Source: a virus
Taxonomy: Duplodnaviria; Caudoviricetes
Reading direction: 5' to 3' (one strand)
Virus record (IMG/VR): IMGVR_UViG_3300011441_000023
Location: 1 to 39,676 of that record
Length of the DNA stretch: 39,676 bases
Shown here piece after piece: positions 1 through 7,142 of this stretch. A program made the translations under genes and the position numbers. The notes under the pieces are model-generated. The model was not told the origin of the DNA. It ran no database searches and saw nothing but the letters and a program-made list of their open reading frames with translations. Numbering within the stretch: position 1 is the first letter of the stretch; every line of letters starts with the position of its first letter.

Positions 1-123
1 GCAGCCCCGCGTGCTCGTCGCCTTCCGGCGCGGTCGGGTTGCGGACCACAATGGTCGAGCCCACGGCCAGCGAGCCGATGCCCTGCCCGTCGTAGTTGCG
101 CGAGAACAGGATCGAGTTGCCGC
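1..123. repeat. Direct terminal repeat, left copy (circular assembly overlap)
   Basis: 1-123 (gcagccccgc...gagttgccgc) is identical to 39554-39676; the capsid reading frame continues across the join. Confidence 0.95.
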
Positions 124-457
124 CGGCGACGATCGAGGTGATCTGCACACGCTCGGGCGCGATGCCGGTGATTTCGAGAATCGTCCCGACCGTCAACGCT
201 TCGCCGAGTCCGCCGGCGACGGTGATGCCGGTCGCCGCGGTGGCAGACGCGATCGCCGTGGACGTGACGATCGTCCGCGGGCGCATGAAGTCTTCGATGA
301 ACTCGTGCTTCGTGCTGGTCGCGAACCCATCCGGGTCGCTCAGCCAGTCGAGAAAGGGGGCTTCATACGGGGAGAGGGTCGCAATCACGTCCGAGACGTC
401 TTCGCCCACCAGGTTGGGGGTGAAGTACTTGTTGGTCGACATGCCTGAAAAGGCCAT
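1..457 (-). CDS. Major capsid protein, 5' part (SU10/DUF5309-like HK97 fold); continues at 39553->38850, 386 aa in total
   Basis: ATG at 457 with AGGAG upstream. Translates MAFSGMSTNKYFTPNLVGEDVSDVIATLSPYEAPFLDWL...STKHEFIED; the EDxSDxIxxxSPxExPF pattern is typical of this capsid family. In frame with ORF 38850..39617 across the circular join and directly downstream of the scaffold gene. Confidence 0.88.
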   Translation of the reverse strand, partial: MAFSGMSTNKYFTPNLVGEDVSDVIATLSPYEAPFLDWLSDPDGFATSTKHEFIEDFMRPRTIVTSTAIASATAATGITVAGGLGEALTVGTILEITGIAPERVQITSIVAGGNSILFSRNYDGQGIGSLAVGSTIVVRNPTAPEGDEHAGL

Positions 458-480
458 AGCGCGCTCCTATCGACGACTTC

Positions 481-1251
481 TTAGCCCGCCCGTTTCTTCC
501 GGCTGGCTTCGAAGATGTCGTTGATGGCACTCGGCGATCGATCCCCGCCCTCGAACCGCTGCCGCGCCGCTTCGACCGTGGCAGGCGCACCCGTGGTGCC
601 GCTCAAACTGGCCCCCCGGCGTGCGTCTCCGCCCCGGCCCGTCGCCGCGCGGCGGTGATGGGGATGATTGTCGAGATATTGTTTGACGAACGATCCGAGT
701 GGGACGGGTTTCCCGGCCTGGAGTTGTGGCGATCCGTCGGCTTGCCTGACGAACGGCAACATGTCGTCGTCATAGCCGATGAACCGGCCAAGGATCACCT
801 CGAGCTCATCGAGCGATTCATCACGGGCGCCCGCTTGGAGGGCTTCCATGCGAATCTCGCGTGCCGTCAGCGTCTGAATGCGCTCGTTGCGCCGTTTCAA
901 CTGCTCGGCGTTCTCGACGAGTTGACGGGCGTGCGCTTCTTCGCGCTGCTTCAGCGTCCGATCGTGTTCTTTGGACGCCTCCGTCAACCGCTGTGACAAG
1001 GTTTGATTGTCGGCTTCCATGCGAGACACCCGCTCACGCTCGAGCGGCTGTAACGCGTCGAATCGCGCCTTTTCGAGCGCAATCGCGTCCTCAATCTGCT
1101 TTTTCGCATCCTTGGCGGCCTGCTCAACCCCTTTGCCATAGCCGACGCCATGTGAGGTTGTTTCAACCCGCTTTAGAATGGCCGCGATCTCCGCCGGCAC
1201 GTCGCCGACGACATCGCCCTTGTCGTCCAGTTCGAGTTCAATCCTGGGCAT
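481..1251 (-). CDS. Capsid scaffolding protein
   Basis: Charged coiled-coil 256-aa protein with a Gly-rich C-terminus, immediately upstream of the capsid gene; GGAG RBS. Confidence 0.75.
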   Translation of the reverse strand: MPRIELELDDKGDVVGDVPAEIAAILKRVETTSHGVGYGKGVEQAAKDAKKQIEDAIALEKARFDALQPLERERVSRMEADNQTLSQRLTEASKEHDRTLKQREEAHARQLVENAEQLKRRNERIQTLTAREIRMEALQAGARDESLDELEVILGRFIGYDDDMLPFVRQADGSPQLQAGKPVPLGSFVKQYLDNHPHHRRAATGRGGDARRGASLSGTTGAPATVEAARQRFEGGDRSPSAINDIFEASRKKRAG

Positions 1252-1265
1252 GTGTCACTCCATCT

Positions 1266-1310
1266 CCGATACCTGGTGTTCCCGATACCTGTCGACCGAT
1301 ACCTGGTGTT
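1266..1310. repeat. Three direct repeats of CCGATACCTG(GTGTT) in the scaffold/capsid leader
   Basis: CCGATACCTGGTGTT at 1266-1280 and 1296-1310; CCGATACCTG at 1282-1291. Confidence 0.85.
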
Positions 1311-1318
1311 ACGTGGTG

Positions 1319-1522
1319 TTACATGCGTGACGATCGCAGAGCCCGTTCAATGCCGAGCGCCACCCGATCCGTGATGGCGGCTTCATCGGCCGGGCTCAAC
1401 CCGAAGAACTTGCGCTTCACTTTCTTCTTCCCGGCGCCAGAGACGTGGTGATACGCCGCCTTCTCCGCCGGAGGTACGCTGCGACTCCGCTGGACGAACG
1501 TGGGCCCTTTACGCGAAGCCAA
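1319..1522 (-). CDS. C-terminal half of a Mu gpG / P2 gpS-like virion morphogenesis (tail completion) protein
   Basis: KAAYHH.G...RKFFGLSPADEAAI resembles the family C-terminal YAxxHxxG...RPFLGLS motif; lies in the +1 frame relative to the N-terminal half. Confidence 0.6.
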   Translation of the reverse strand: MASRKGPTFVQRSRSVPPAEKAAYHHVSGAGKKKVKRKFFGLSPADEAAITDRVALGIERALRSSRM

Positions 1523-1799
1523 GCGTGACGCTCGTGTCTGTCACCGCGACGATGCGAATCGCGTTCAACATCTGCCCGCTGACTTGGAGATTCACGTTCG
1601 TGCTCAGCTGTTCTTTCCGTCGCAGGCCGGCATACGCGGCGCTGTACGGAGCGAAGGGTTGGTCGTCCTGGTCGCGGCCGGCGATCGTGCGGCGGATGAG
1701 GCGTTCGCGCGCCAACAGCCCCACCTCGCGCATCAGTGCAGCGTCGGTGAGACGGAGATCCGCGAGCGAGCCGAAGGTCTTCGTAACCTGGACACCCAT
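1509..1799 (-). CDS. N-terminal half of a Mu gpG / P2 gpS-like virion morphogenesis protein
   Basis: MGVQVTK...GRDQDDQPFAPYSAAYA...NLQVSGQMLNAI...VTLGFA*; position downstream of a Mu-F-like gene matches the Mu F-G order. Confidence 0.65.
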   Translation of the reverse strand: MGVQVTKTFGSLADLRLTDAALMREVGLLARERLIRRTIAGRDQDDQPFAPYSAAYAGLRRKEQLSTNVNLQVSGQMLNAIRIVAVTDTSVTLGFA

Positions 1800-1954
1800 A
1801 AACTGTCTTCGTAGATGCGCAAGCGACCACCGGCCGTGTAGACGATTTCGACCTTCCCTGCGCGTATCCAGTTGTAGATTGTCTGGCGGCAGCAGCCCAC
1901 CCTTTGACAACATTGGACAATATTCAAGAGGCGGCGCCCGGTCGCGTGGGTCAC
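1733..1954 (-). CDS. Excisionase-like HTH_17 (MerR-type) DNA-binding protein
   Basis: RLLNIVQCCQRVGCCRQTIYNWIRAGKVEIVYTAGGRLRIYEDSL; GTG start overlaps the TGA of the upstream methyltransferase (GTGA). Confidence 0.7.
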   Translation of the reverse strand: MTHATGRRLLNIVQCCQRVGCCRQTIYNWIRAGKVEIVYTAGGRLRIYEDSLWVSRLRRPSARSRISVSPTLH

Positions 1955-2685
1955 GCGATCACCTTTTGTGCGAGCACGGCCACGAACCAGTACGGGACGA
2001 GCTGCTCCTTCGGCTCGTGACACCAGGTCCCGGCGTGCGGTTCGGGCAGGGAGTAGCCGCGATTGAGCTCGATGAGCGGCGGCCTGACGAGTCGTGCGTG
2101 AACAACGTCAGGCACGTACATGCGGAAGTGCCGGTTCTCGGTGACGTGCACGCCGTCGGGCGCGTCATTAAAAAACGGCTGTACTGGCACGTCGAAGTAC
2201 ACGAAGCCACCCGGCTTCAGCCAGTGCGCGACGTTCGCCATCGCCTCGACGTCACCATCCGGCCGCTTCGAATCCCCGTAGAACCCCAGCCCGAAGTGTT
2301 CGAGCGCCCCGAGCAGCACGATCCAGTCGAAGGACTCGGCGGGGAACAGCTCGCGCGACATCGCGCAGCCTTCGACGAGGCGGATGTTCGGCTCGGGCGC
2401 ATGCCTGACATGTCGCCGCGCATCCACACCGGTGAGGTCGAAGCTCGCATCCCAGCGCCGCATCCGCTCGAGCCAGTCCGACTCTGCGCACCCGAGCTCC
2501 AGAATGCGGCTGTAGGGCGGGAAGCGTAGGTTGAACCGCGTGATGGACGCGGTGAACAGCGCAATCGCGGGGTCGGTGCCGTCGTACGTCCACGGACCTC
2601 GGGCTTTCAGGGCGGTGTCGACGTCGGCCTGAGACGGCGTCCAGCCCAGCTCGTGGGTGAAGGGGGCGTCGGTGTCGATGCTCAT
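1951..2685 (-). CDS. Class I SAM-dependent methyltransferase (Methyltransf_11-like)
   Basis: ILELGCAES motif I, TGVD, FPAESFDWIVLLGALEHFG, WLKPGG; ATGA-coupled to the Mu-F-like gene. Confidence 0.85.
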   Translation of the reverse strand: MSIDTDAPFTHELGWTPSQADVDTALKARGPWTYDGTDPAIALFTASITRFNLRFPPYSRILELGCAESDWLERMRRWDASFDLTGVDARRHVRHAPEPNIRLVEGCAMSRELFPAESFDWIVLLGALEHFGLGFYGDSKRPDGDVEAMANVAHWLKPGGFVYFDVPVQPFFNDAPDGVHVTENRHFRMYVPDVVHARLVRPPLIELNRGYSLPEPHAGTWCHEPKEQLVPYWFVAVLAQKVIA

Positions 2686-3518
2686 GCCGCCTCGTCGAGT
2701 TCGTCGAGCTGGTCCTGCACTTCGGGAATGCGCCCGTCGCCGTCGAGTTCGCTGAACCGAGACACTTCCATCCACGTATGACGGCAGTTATACCCACCAC
2801 CCGTGAGGAACACGTTGTCGAGCTGCCCATTGTCCAGCGCGTCGATCTCCTCGCGCGTGTAGACCTTCCCGACGTGCTCGAGACAGAACGGCCGTGTCTT
2901 GCCGTCCACCGGCCCCATGAACGCGAACCGCGCGCCTTCATCCTCACTCGCCTGCAGCGCTTCCACCTGGCGCGTGTAGATCGACAGGCTGGTGTCGTAG
3001 AGCGTCCTAATCTGCGGCTCGGTGGCGTCGAGGATGTCGACCAGGTCGGCGACGATGTCACGCGAGTCTCGTGACGCAAACACCCCGCGCACGGTGGCCT
3101 GCCACAGCTCGTAGGCGGTCGCGTCGCCCAGGTGAAGCAAGTCCTGCTGGGCCAGCGCGCGCAGGGCGGCGAGCTTCCCCTCCACCCCTCGCGCGAGCTC
3201 GCCGCTCGCTTTCGCGAGCCGTCTGGTCGCTAAGACACGCGCGACGAGGCCATCGAGGCGCGGGCCATAGGCGGTCTCGGCGAGCTGCGCGTAGCCGGAC
3301 GCCGTCAGCGCCTCCCGCAGTTCCTTCCGCGTGCGGGCGGCCTGAGCGGCGCGGACGATGGCCGTCCGGTTGCCCTCGGACGCCTCGCGAATCAGCGGGT
3401 CCAGCTTGCGCTCCAGGTCGCGCAGGACACGCCGGAGATGCGTGGCGAACAGGTCGCTGAGCCGGTCGACTTCCGCGGCGGTACGGGCGGCCGCGCGGAT
3501 GAAGGGGTTGGCGCTCAT
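2682..3518 (-). CDS. Minor head protein (Mu gpF / SPP1 gp7-like)
   Basis: C-terminal GPVDGKTRPFC...GGGYNCRHTW motif; directly downstream of the portal. Confidence 0.8.
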   Translation of the reverse strand: MSANPFIRAAARTAAEVDRLSDLFATHLRRVLRDLERKLDPLIREASEGNRTAIVRAAQAARTRKELREALTASGYAQLAETAYGPRLDGLVARVLATRRLAKASGELARGVEGKLAALRALAQQDLLHLGDATAYELWQATVRGVFASRDSRDIVADLVDILDATEPQIRTLYDTSLSIYTRQVEALQASEDEGARFAFMGPVDGKTRPFCLEHVGKVYTREEIDALDNGQLDNVFLTGGGYNCRHTWMEVSRFSELDGDGRIPEVQDQLDELDEAA

Positions 3519-3598
3519 CCCCGTAAGAACCACAACACGCAGAACACAGCCCAGACGACCCCCGCCACGCACAACACGGCATACGCGATCGTCTTCAT
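3515..3598 (-). CDS. 27-aa hydrophobic single-TM peptide (MKTIAYAVLCVAGVVWAVFCVLWFLRG)
   Basis: Fills the portal-gpF gap exactly, with ATGA overlaps at both ends; below the ORF-track size cutoff. Confidence 0.65.
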   Translation of the reverse strand: MKTIAYAVLCVAGVVWAVFCVLWFLRG

Positions 3599-5253
3599 GC
3601 GGCCTCTGGTTTCTTCATCGGCGGTTCTTTCTTCTCACCCGGCTTCGGCTTCTTCCCGACTGGCCCGCCCGCCTGCGCCTCGATCTTCGCCTGCATGAGC
3701 TGGGTCGGGCTCATGTCGTCCTCGGCCGCATCGATGGCGTCCTCGATCGCCTGCACCTGTGTCGGCGTCAGGTTCCCCATCCCCTCAAATTTCTTGATGA
3801 GGGCCTTGCGCATCGCCTTCAGGAACTCCGTCGGCATGCCGATCGACATCGCGGCCTGCACTTGCTTGAGCACCGCGTCAAAGGGTGCCGCATCAAACCG
3901 TTGGGGATAACTGATCGTGACGCCGTCCTTCTCCATCGCCTTGTCCGCGCCCTCGGCACCCATTTTCCAGCGATAGAAGAGTTCCGCCAGGGTGTACTCA
4001 GTCTGTTCGCACTCATCGGCGTACGCGGCGAGGCGCGTGTTCATCTCCTCGCGCTTGACCACGAGCGAGCCTTCCGCCTCGGCGTCTTTCGAATCCGATT
4101 CCCACTGCACACCCGCTTCGCGATAAATGTCCCGCTTGAGTTGCTGGATGTCGTCCTGGTAGGTTTTGACGTTCTCCGCATCCGCCGAAAGAATCGCGGC
4201 CGGGCCCGCGCTGAACAGCACGTTCATCGTGCCGGTCTGCTTGCCCATCATGGCCTGCGCCTGTTCGACCGTGGGCGCATCCGGACCCGTGCCCAGCGGG
4301 AGGTTGATGAAGCTGAACGTCTGCGATCGCTCGAGCTCGCGCTTCTCACTGGTTAGGTTGAACAGGTCGATGTAGTTCCGCGGATCGCCCAGCACGGACT
4401 GGCCCACGTCGGACAGAATCGCCCGGCGCTTGCCAAACAGAAACGCCACCGGCAGACAGCCCAGCTCGTGCGTCCCCTCGGAAATGGCGCTGCCGGTCTT
4501 GGCGTCGTAGAGCTTCCAGCCCTCTTTGTTGATGATGCGGACGCGATACTGCGTGACGGGCTTCAGCTCGTTGTACGTGGTGGCGGCGACCGCTTCCTGC
4601 ACCTTCAGGGAGACGATCTCCCCGTTCTCGTCCACGAGCCAGTTGATGACATCGAGCGGCGTATACAGGCGCACGTAGGGCCAGCCGTCATCGGCCGCGG
4701 TTCGCACTTCGCCATCGGTCTGTTCGGGCATGGCGGCCGGCAGCTCGAAGTAGAGCACTACATGGCCGAAGGTCGCGGCCAAGTCCCACCAGGCTGGCAT
4801 CGCGTCATCGATGTGCGTGCCCGTGCCGTCGACGTTCTCCCACCACAGCTCGAGCGGGGCCTTCGGCGCATCCGCGGCTTTCTCATCGTCACCGAGGCGA
4901 CGGACGGGCTGCTCTCGGAAGAGCGCGGCCTTCTTCGCTTCCAGGATGGCACTCGCCACGTTCTCGTAGCGCGCGAGGGTGCGGCGCGCCTTCAGTTTCG
5001 GTGAGGGCTTGCGAGGATTCGGATTGACCGTGGTCGTCGTCGTGCCATCCGCAGCCGTGGACACGCTCGTGTGATCCAGCCATTCCCGGGCATGGGCCAC
5101 GAGGTAGGTGCCGTCCTTGAACCCGCCCGTCCCTTCGCGCACATGCCCGAGCTTGATCCACTCGTCCTCGAGCAGGTCGTAGATCGGGTGGCGGTTCGCG
5201 GCCACCTTCGGGCCGAGGTTGGGAAACGTCTGCGTCTGTGCGGTGGTGGTCAT
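3595..5253 (-). CDS. Portal protein
   Basis: 552 aa directly after terL (ATGA overlap); RRTLARYEN, WENVDGTGTHID, YTPLDVINW, LGCLPVAFL resemble SPP1 gp6/DUF4055-type portals. Confidence 0.85.
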   Translation of the reverse strand: MTTTAQTQTFPNLGPKVAANRHPIYDLLEDEWIKLGHVREGTGGFKDGTYLVAHAREWLDHTSVSTAADGTTTTTVNPNPRKPSPKLKARRTLARYENVASAILEAKKAALFREQPVRRLGDDEKAADAPKAPLELWWENVDGTGTHIDDAMPAWWDLAATFGHVVLYFELPAAMPEQTDGEVRTAADDGWPYVRLYTPLDVINWLVDENGEIVSLKVQEAVAATTYNELKPVTQYRVRIINKEGWKLYDAKTGSAISEGTHELGCLPVAFLFGKRRAILSDVGQSVLGDPRNYIDLFNLTSEKRELERSQTFSFINLPLGTGPDAPTVEQAQAMMGKQTGTMNVLFSAGPAAILSADAENVKTYQDDIQQLKRDIYREAGVQWESDSKDAEAEGSLVVKREEMNTRLAAYADECEQTEYTLAELFYRWKMGAEGADKAMEKDGVTISYPQRFDAAPFDAVLKQVQAAMSIGMPTEFLKAMRKALIKKFEGMGNLTPTQVQAIEDAIDAAEDDMSPTQLMQAKIEAQAGGPVGKKPKPGEKKEPPMKKPEAA

Positions 5254-6530
5254 AACCAATCCAGGGACATGGCGCCGGCGCGCACAGGCGGCGCAACCGT
5301 CGGGAAGTCCTTCACAATCCAATAGCCGAGGCCATCAGAAAGATGGGTTAACTCGGTGTTGCTCTTTTTGTCGAGCTCGCCGTTGTCCGCGAAGATGACC
5401 TGCTCCAAGTCCGCAATCAGCCCGAGACACGACGGGTCGATCCGTAACCGATGGGCGCCCGTCATGGACTCGCACACGCTGTTCACCGCCGAGACGCGAT
5501 CCTTCTCGTGCGGGTTGCTCGAGCGGATGCACCACACCGCATTGGGGAACATCTCCTTTAACACGGCGTGATCGGCCGGCCCTGTGGTCTTCGCGCTCTT
5601 CCCGGTGGCGTCCCCGTAGATGCGCACCTGGCCGATGTGGCCCACCTCGCGTAAGAGTTCCTGCACCCGCTTGGCGCTGGCCCTGGTGGCTTCACCACCC
5701 GCGTGTCGAATCTTCACTTCTCGATAGACCACCGGCCGATCCCCATGCACCTGGCCGATGCCCGCGGTCGCGGGGTTGATGTTGAAATCGAAGAACACGC
5801 AGGCCGGCAGCGCGGGGTCGAGCGTCACCGGCGCGACGTTGTGTGTGCGGCTGAAGGCGTAGTACGCCCGCCCCGCCATCGTCTCGAAGCTGGCCTCGAA
5901 CTCCTGGCGGTAACTTCGAAGGTCCATCTCCGCCTTCATCTGGCCGAGCCACTCCCGGTTGATGTGCGGCGCGCTCGCCGTCTGGAACTGCCACGACGCC
6001 CAACCCGCCACGCCGCGCTGCCCCTTCTCAAAGGCATCATAGAGATGGTTGAAACTCTTCGGCGTCCCCGTGAGGAGCGCCGTCCCGTGGCTCGTCAGCA
6101 AACTCGGCAGCAAGACTTCCTCCCAGGTGCGTTGGCCATCTTTCCAGTCTTGATACTCGTCACCAATGATCTTGCGGGGCCCGCGGCCACGAAGACGGTC
6201 AGGGTGCTCCACGGACTTGCAGGCGAACCGACAGCCCCAAATCGTGTCGAGCTCCATGCGCGTCTCGTTTGGGTCGCTGGCGAGCCAATCCCGCGCAATG
6301 AGCGCCCGGATCGGCTCCCACATGAGTTCGCGCGCCATGTCATACGTCGGCGCCAGATACCAGACGAGCCCCGGTGTGCCGAACTCTTCCACCGCCTCGG
6401 CTTTGTCGAGCGTCGTCTTGCCCCACCGTCGACCGGTGACGACCACGCGAAAGCGGGCATCGGACTCGTGGACCTGCCACTGACCACTGTGCAGCGCGAG
6501 GGTGACGGGCTCCACGTCACTGAGAATCAT
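5250..6530 (-). CDS. terL: Terminase large subunit
   Basis: Walker A GRRWGKT, YLAPT, LRGRG, Walker B IIGDE, TGTPK, YRQEFEASF, nuclease FDFN and HLSDGLGY. Confidence 0.95.
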   Translation of the reverse strand: MILSDVEPVTLALHSGQWQVHESDARFRVVVTGRRWGKTTLDKAEAVEEFGTPGLVWYLAPTYDMARELMWEPIRALIARDWLASDPNETRMELDTIWGCRFACKSVEHPDRLRGRGPRKIIGDEYQDWKDGQRTWEEVLLPSLLTSHGTALLTGTPKSFNHLYDAFEKGQRGVAGWASWQFQTASAPHINREWLGQMKAEMDLRSYRQEFEASFETMAGRAYYAFSRTHNVAPVTLDPALPACVFFDFNINPATAGIGQVHGDRPVVYREVKIRHAGGEATRASAKRVQELLREVGHIGQVRIYGDATGKSAKTTGPADHAVLKEMFPNAVWCIRSSNPHEKDRVSAVNSVCESMTGAHRLRIDPSCLGLIADLEQVIFADNGELDKKSNTELTHLSDGLGYWIVKDFPTVAPPVRAGAMSLDWL

Positions 6531-6786
6531 CCCGTTCCAGCCGCAACACGAACGGCGGCACGTCGCCGCTGATCTGCACGCTCTCCTTCGGTTTGCCGTA
6601 GCCGTAGTGGTGCCAGAGCGTCTCGAGATGCGGGGCAGTGCCCTTGAGGACGCGCTCCTGTGCACTCTCGAGGTACGCCTTGGATGACAGGAACTTCTTC
6701 GCGAACTCCTTCACGTCGCGCGTCGCCTTATTCGGCACCCCTTTCGGGCGCCCAGGGCCGGCGGTGGTTAAACGATGGCGTGGCAT
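6517..6786 (-). CDS. terS: Putative terminase small subunit
   Basis: GPGRPKGVPNKAT N-terminal motif and YGYGKP C-terminal motif; overlaps the terL start. Confidence 0.75.
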   Translation of the reverse strand: MPRHRLTTAGPGRPKGVPNKATRDVKEFAKKFLSSKAYLESAQERVLKGTAPHLETLWHHYGYGKPKESVQISGDVPPFVLRLERDDSQ

Positions 6787-6806
6787 GTGTTTGTGGTCTG
6801 TTTCTT

Positions 6807-7142
6807 TTACGGCGTCCGTACAATCCACTTTTCCGGCGCCTGGTTCGGATACCACGCGACGTCGCTGTTGCTATCCGTCACCGTCCAGGTGGCGGTATAG
6901 GGACTCGCCGCCGCTTTGAAGTCGGTCACCGCCGGTTCGAACTTCACGGTCCCATCCGCGGCGACGACCACGGTCGCTTTGCCGGCAATCGGCACATCCG
7001 CCCCTCGGCGATCCTTGATGAGAATGCCCAAGGTGAGGCCCGTCAGGTTCGCGGCCGTGCGCGAGCTCCCGCTGCCGTCGTAGAGCGTGGCCGTGATGGG
7101 TTTCGTTTCGCCTTCCCCGAGATAGCGTGTCGTCTGGCTCAT
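6807..7142 (-). CDS. BppU N-terminal-like beta-sandwich structural/adaptor protein
   Basis: GETKPITATLYD...NLTG.T...VVAADGTVKFEP...DF...Y.A.W.VT...YP pattern resembles the BppU_N domain. Confidence 0.55.
   Translation of the reverse strand: MSQTTRYLGEGETKPITATLYDGSGSSRTAANLTGLTLGILIKDRRGADVPIAGKATVVVAADGTVKFEPAVTDFKAAASPYTATWTVTDSNSDVAWYPNQAPEKWIVRTP

Noticed and set aside
1266-1310. Mini CRISPR array
   Set aside because: Repeats are 10-15 bp with at most a few nt between them; no spacers and no cas genes.
1509-1511. Stop-codon reassignment explaining the split gpG-like gene
   Set aside because: The continuation is in a different frame, and TAA, TAG and TGA all terminate other genes normally.
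1951-2685. DNA methyltransferase or restriction-modification role for the MTases
   Set aside because: No DPPY/NPPY or PCQ catalytic motifs in any of the three MTase domains.
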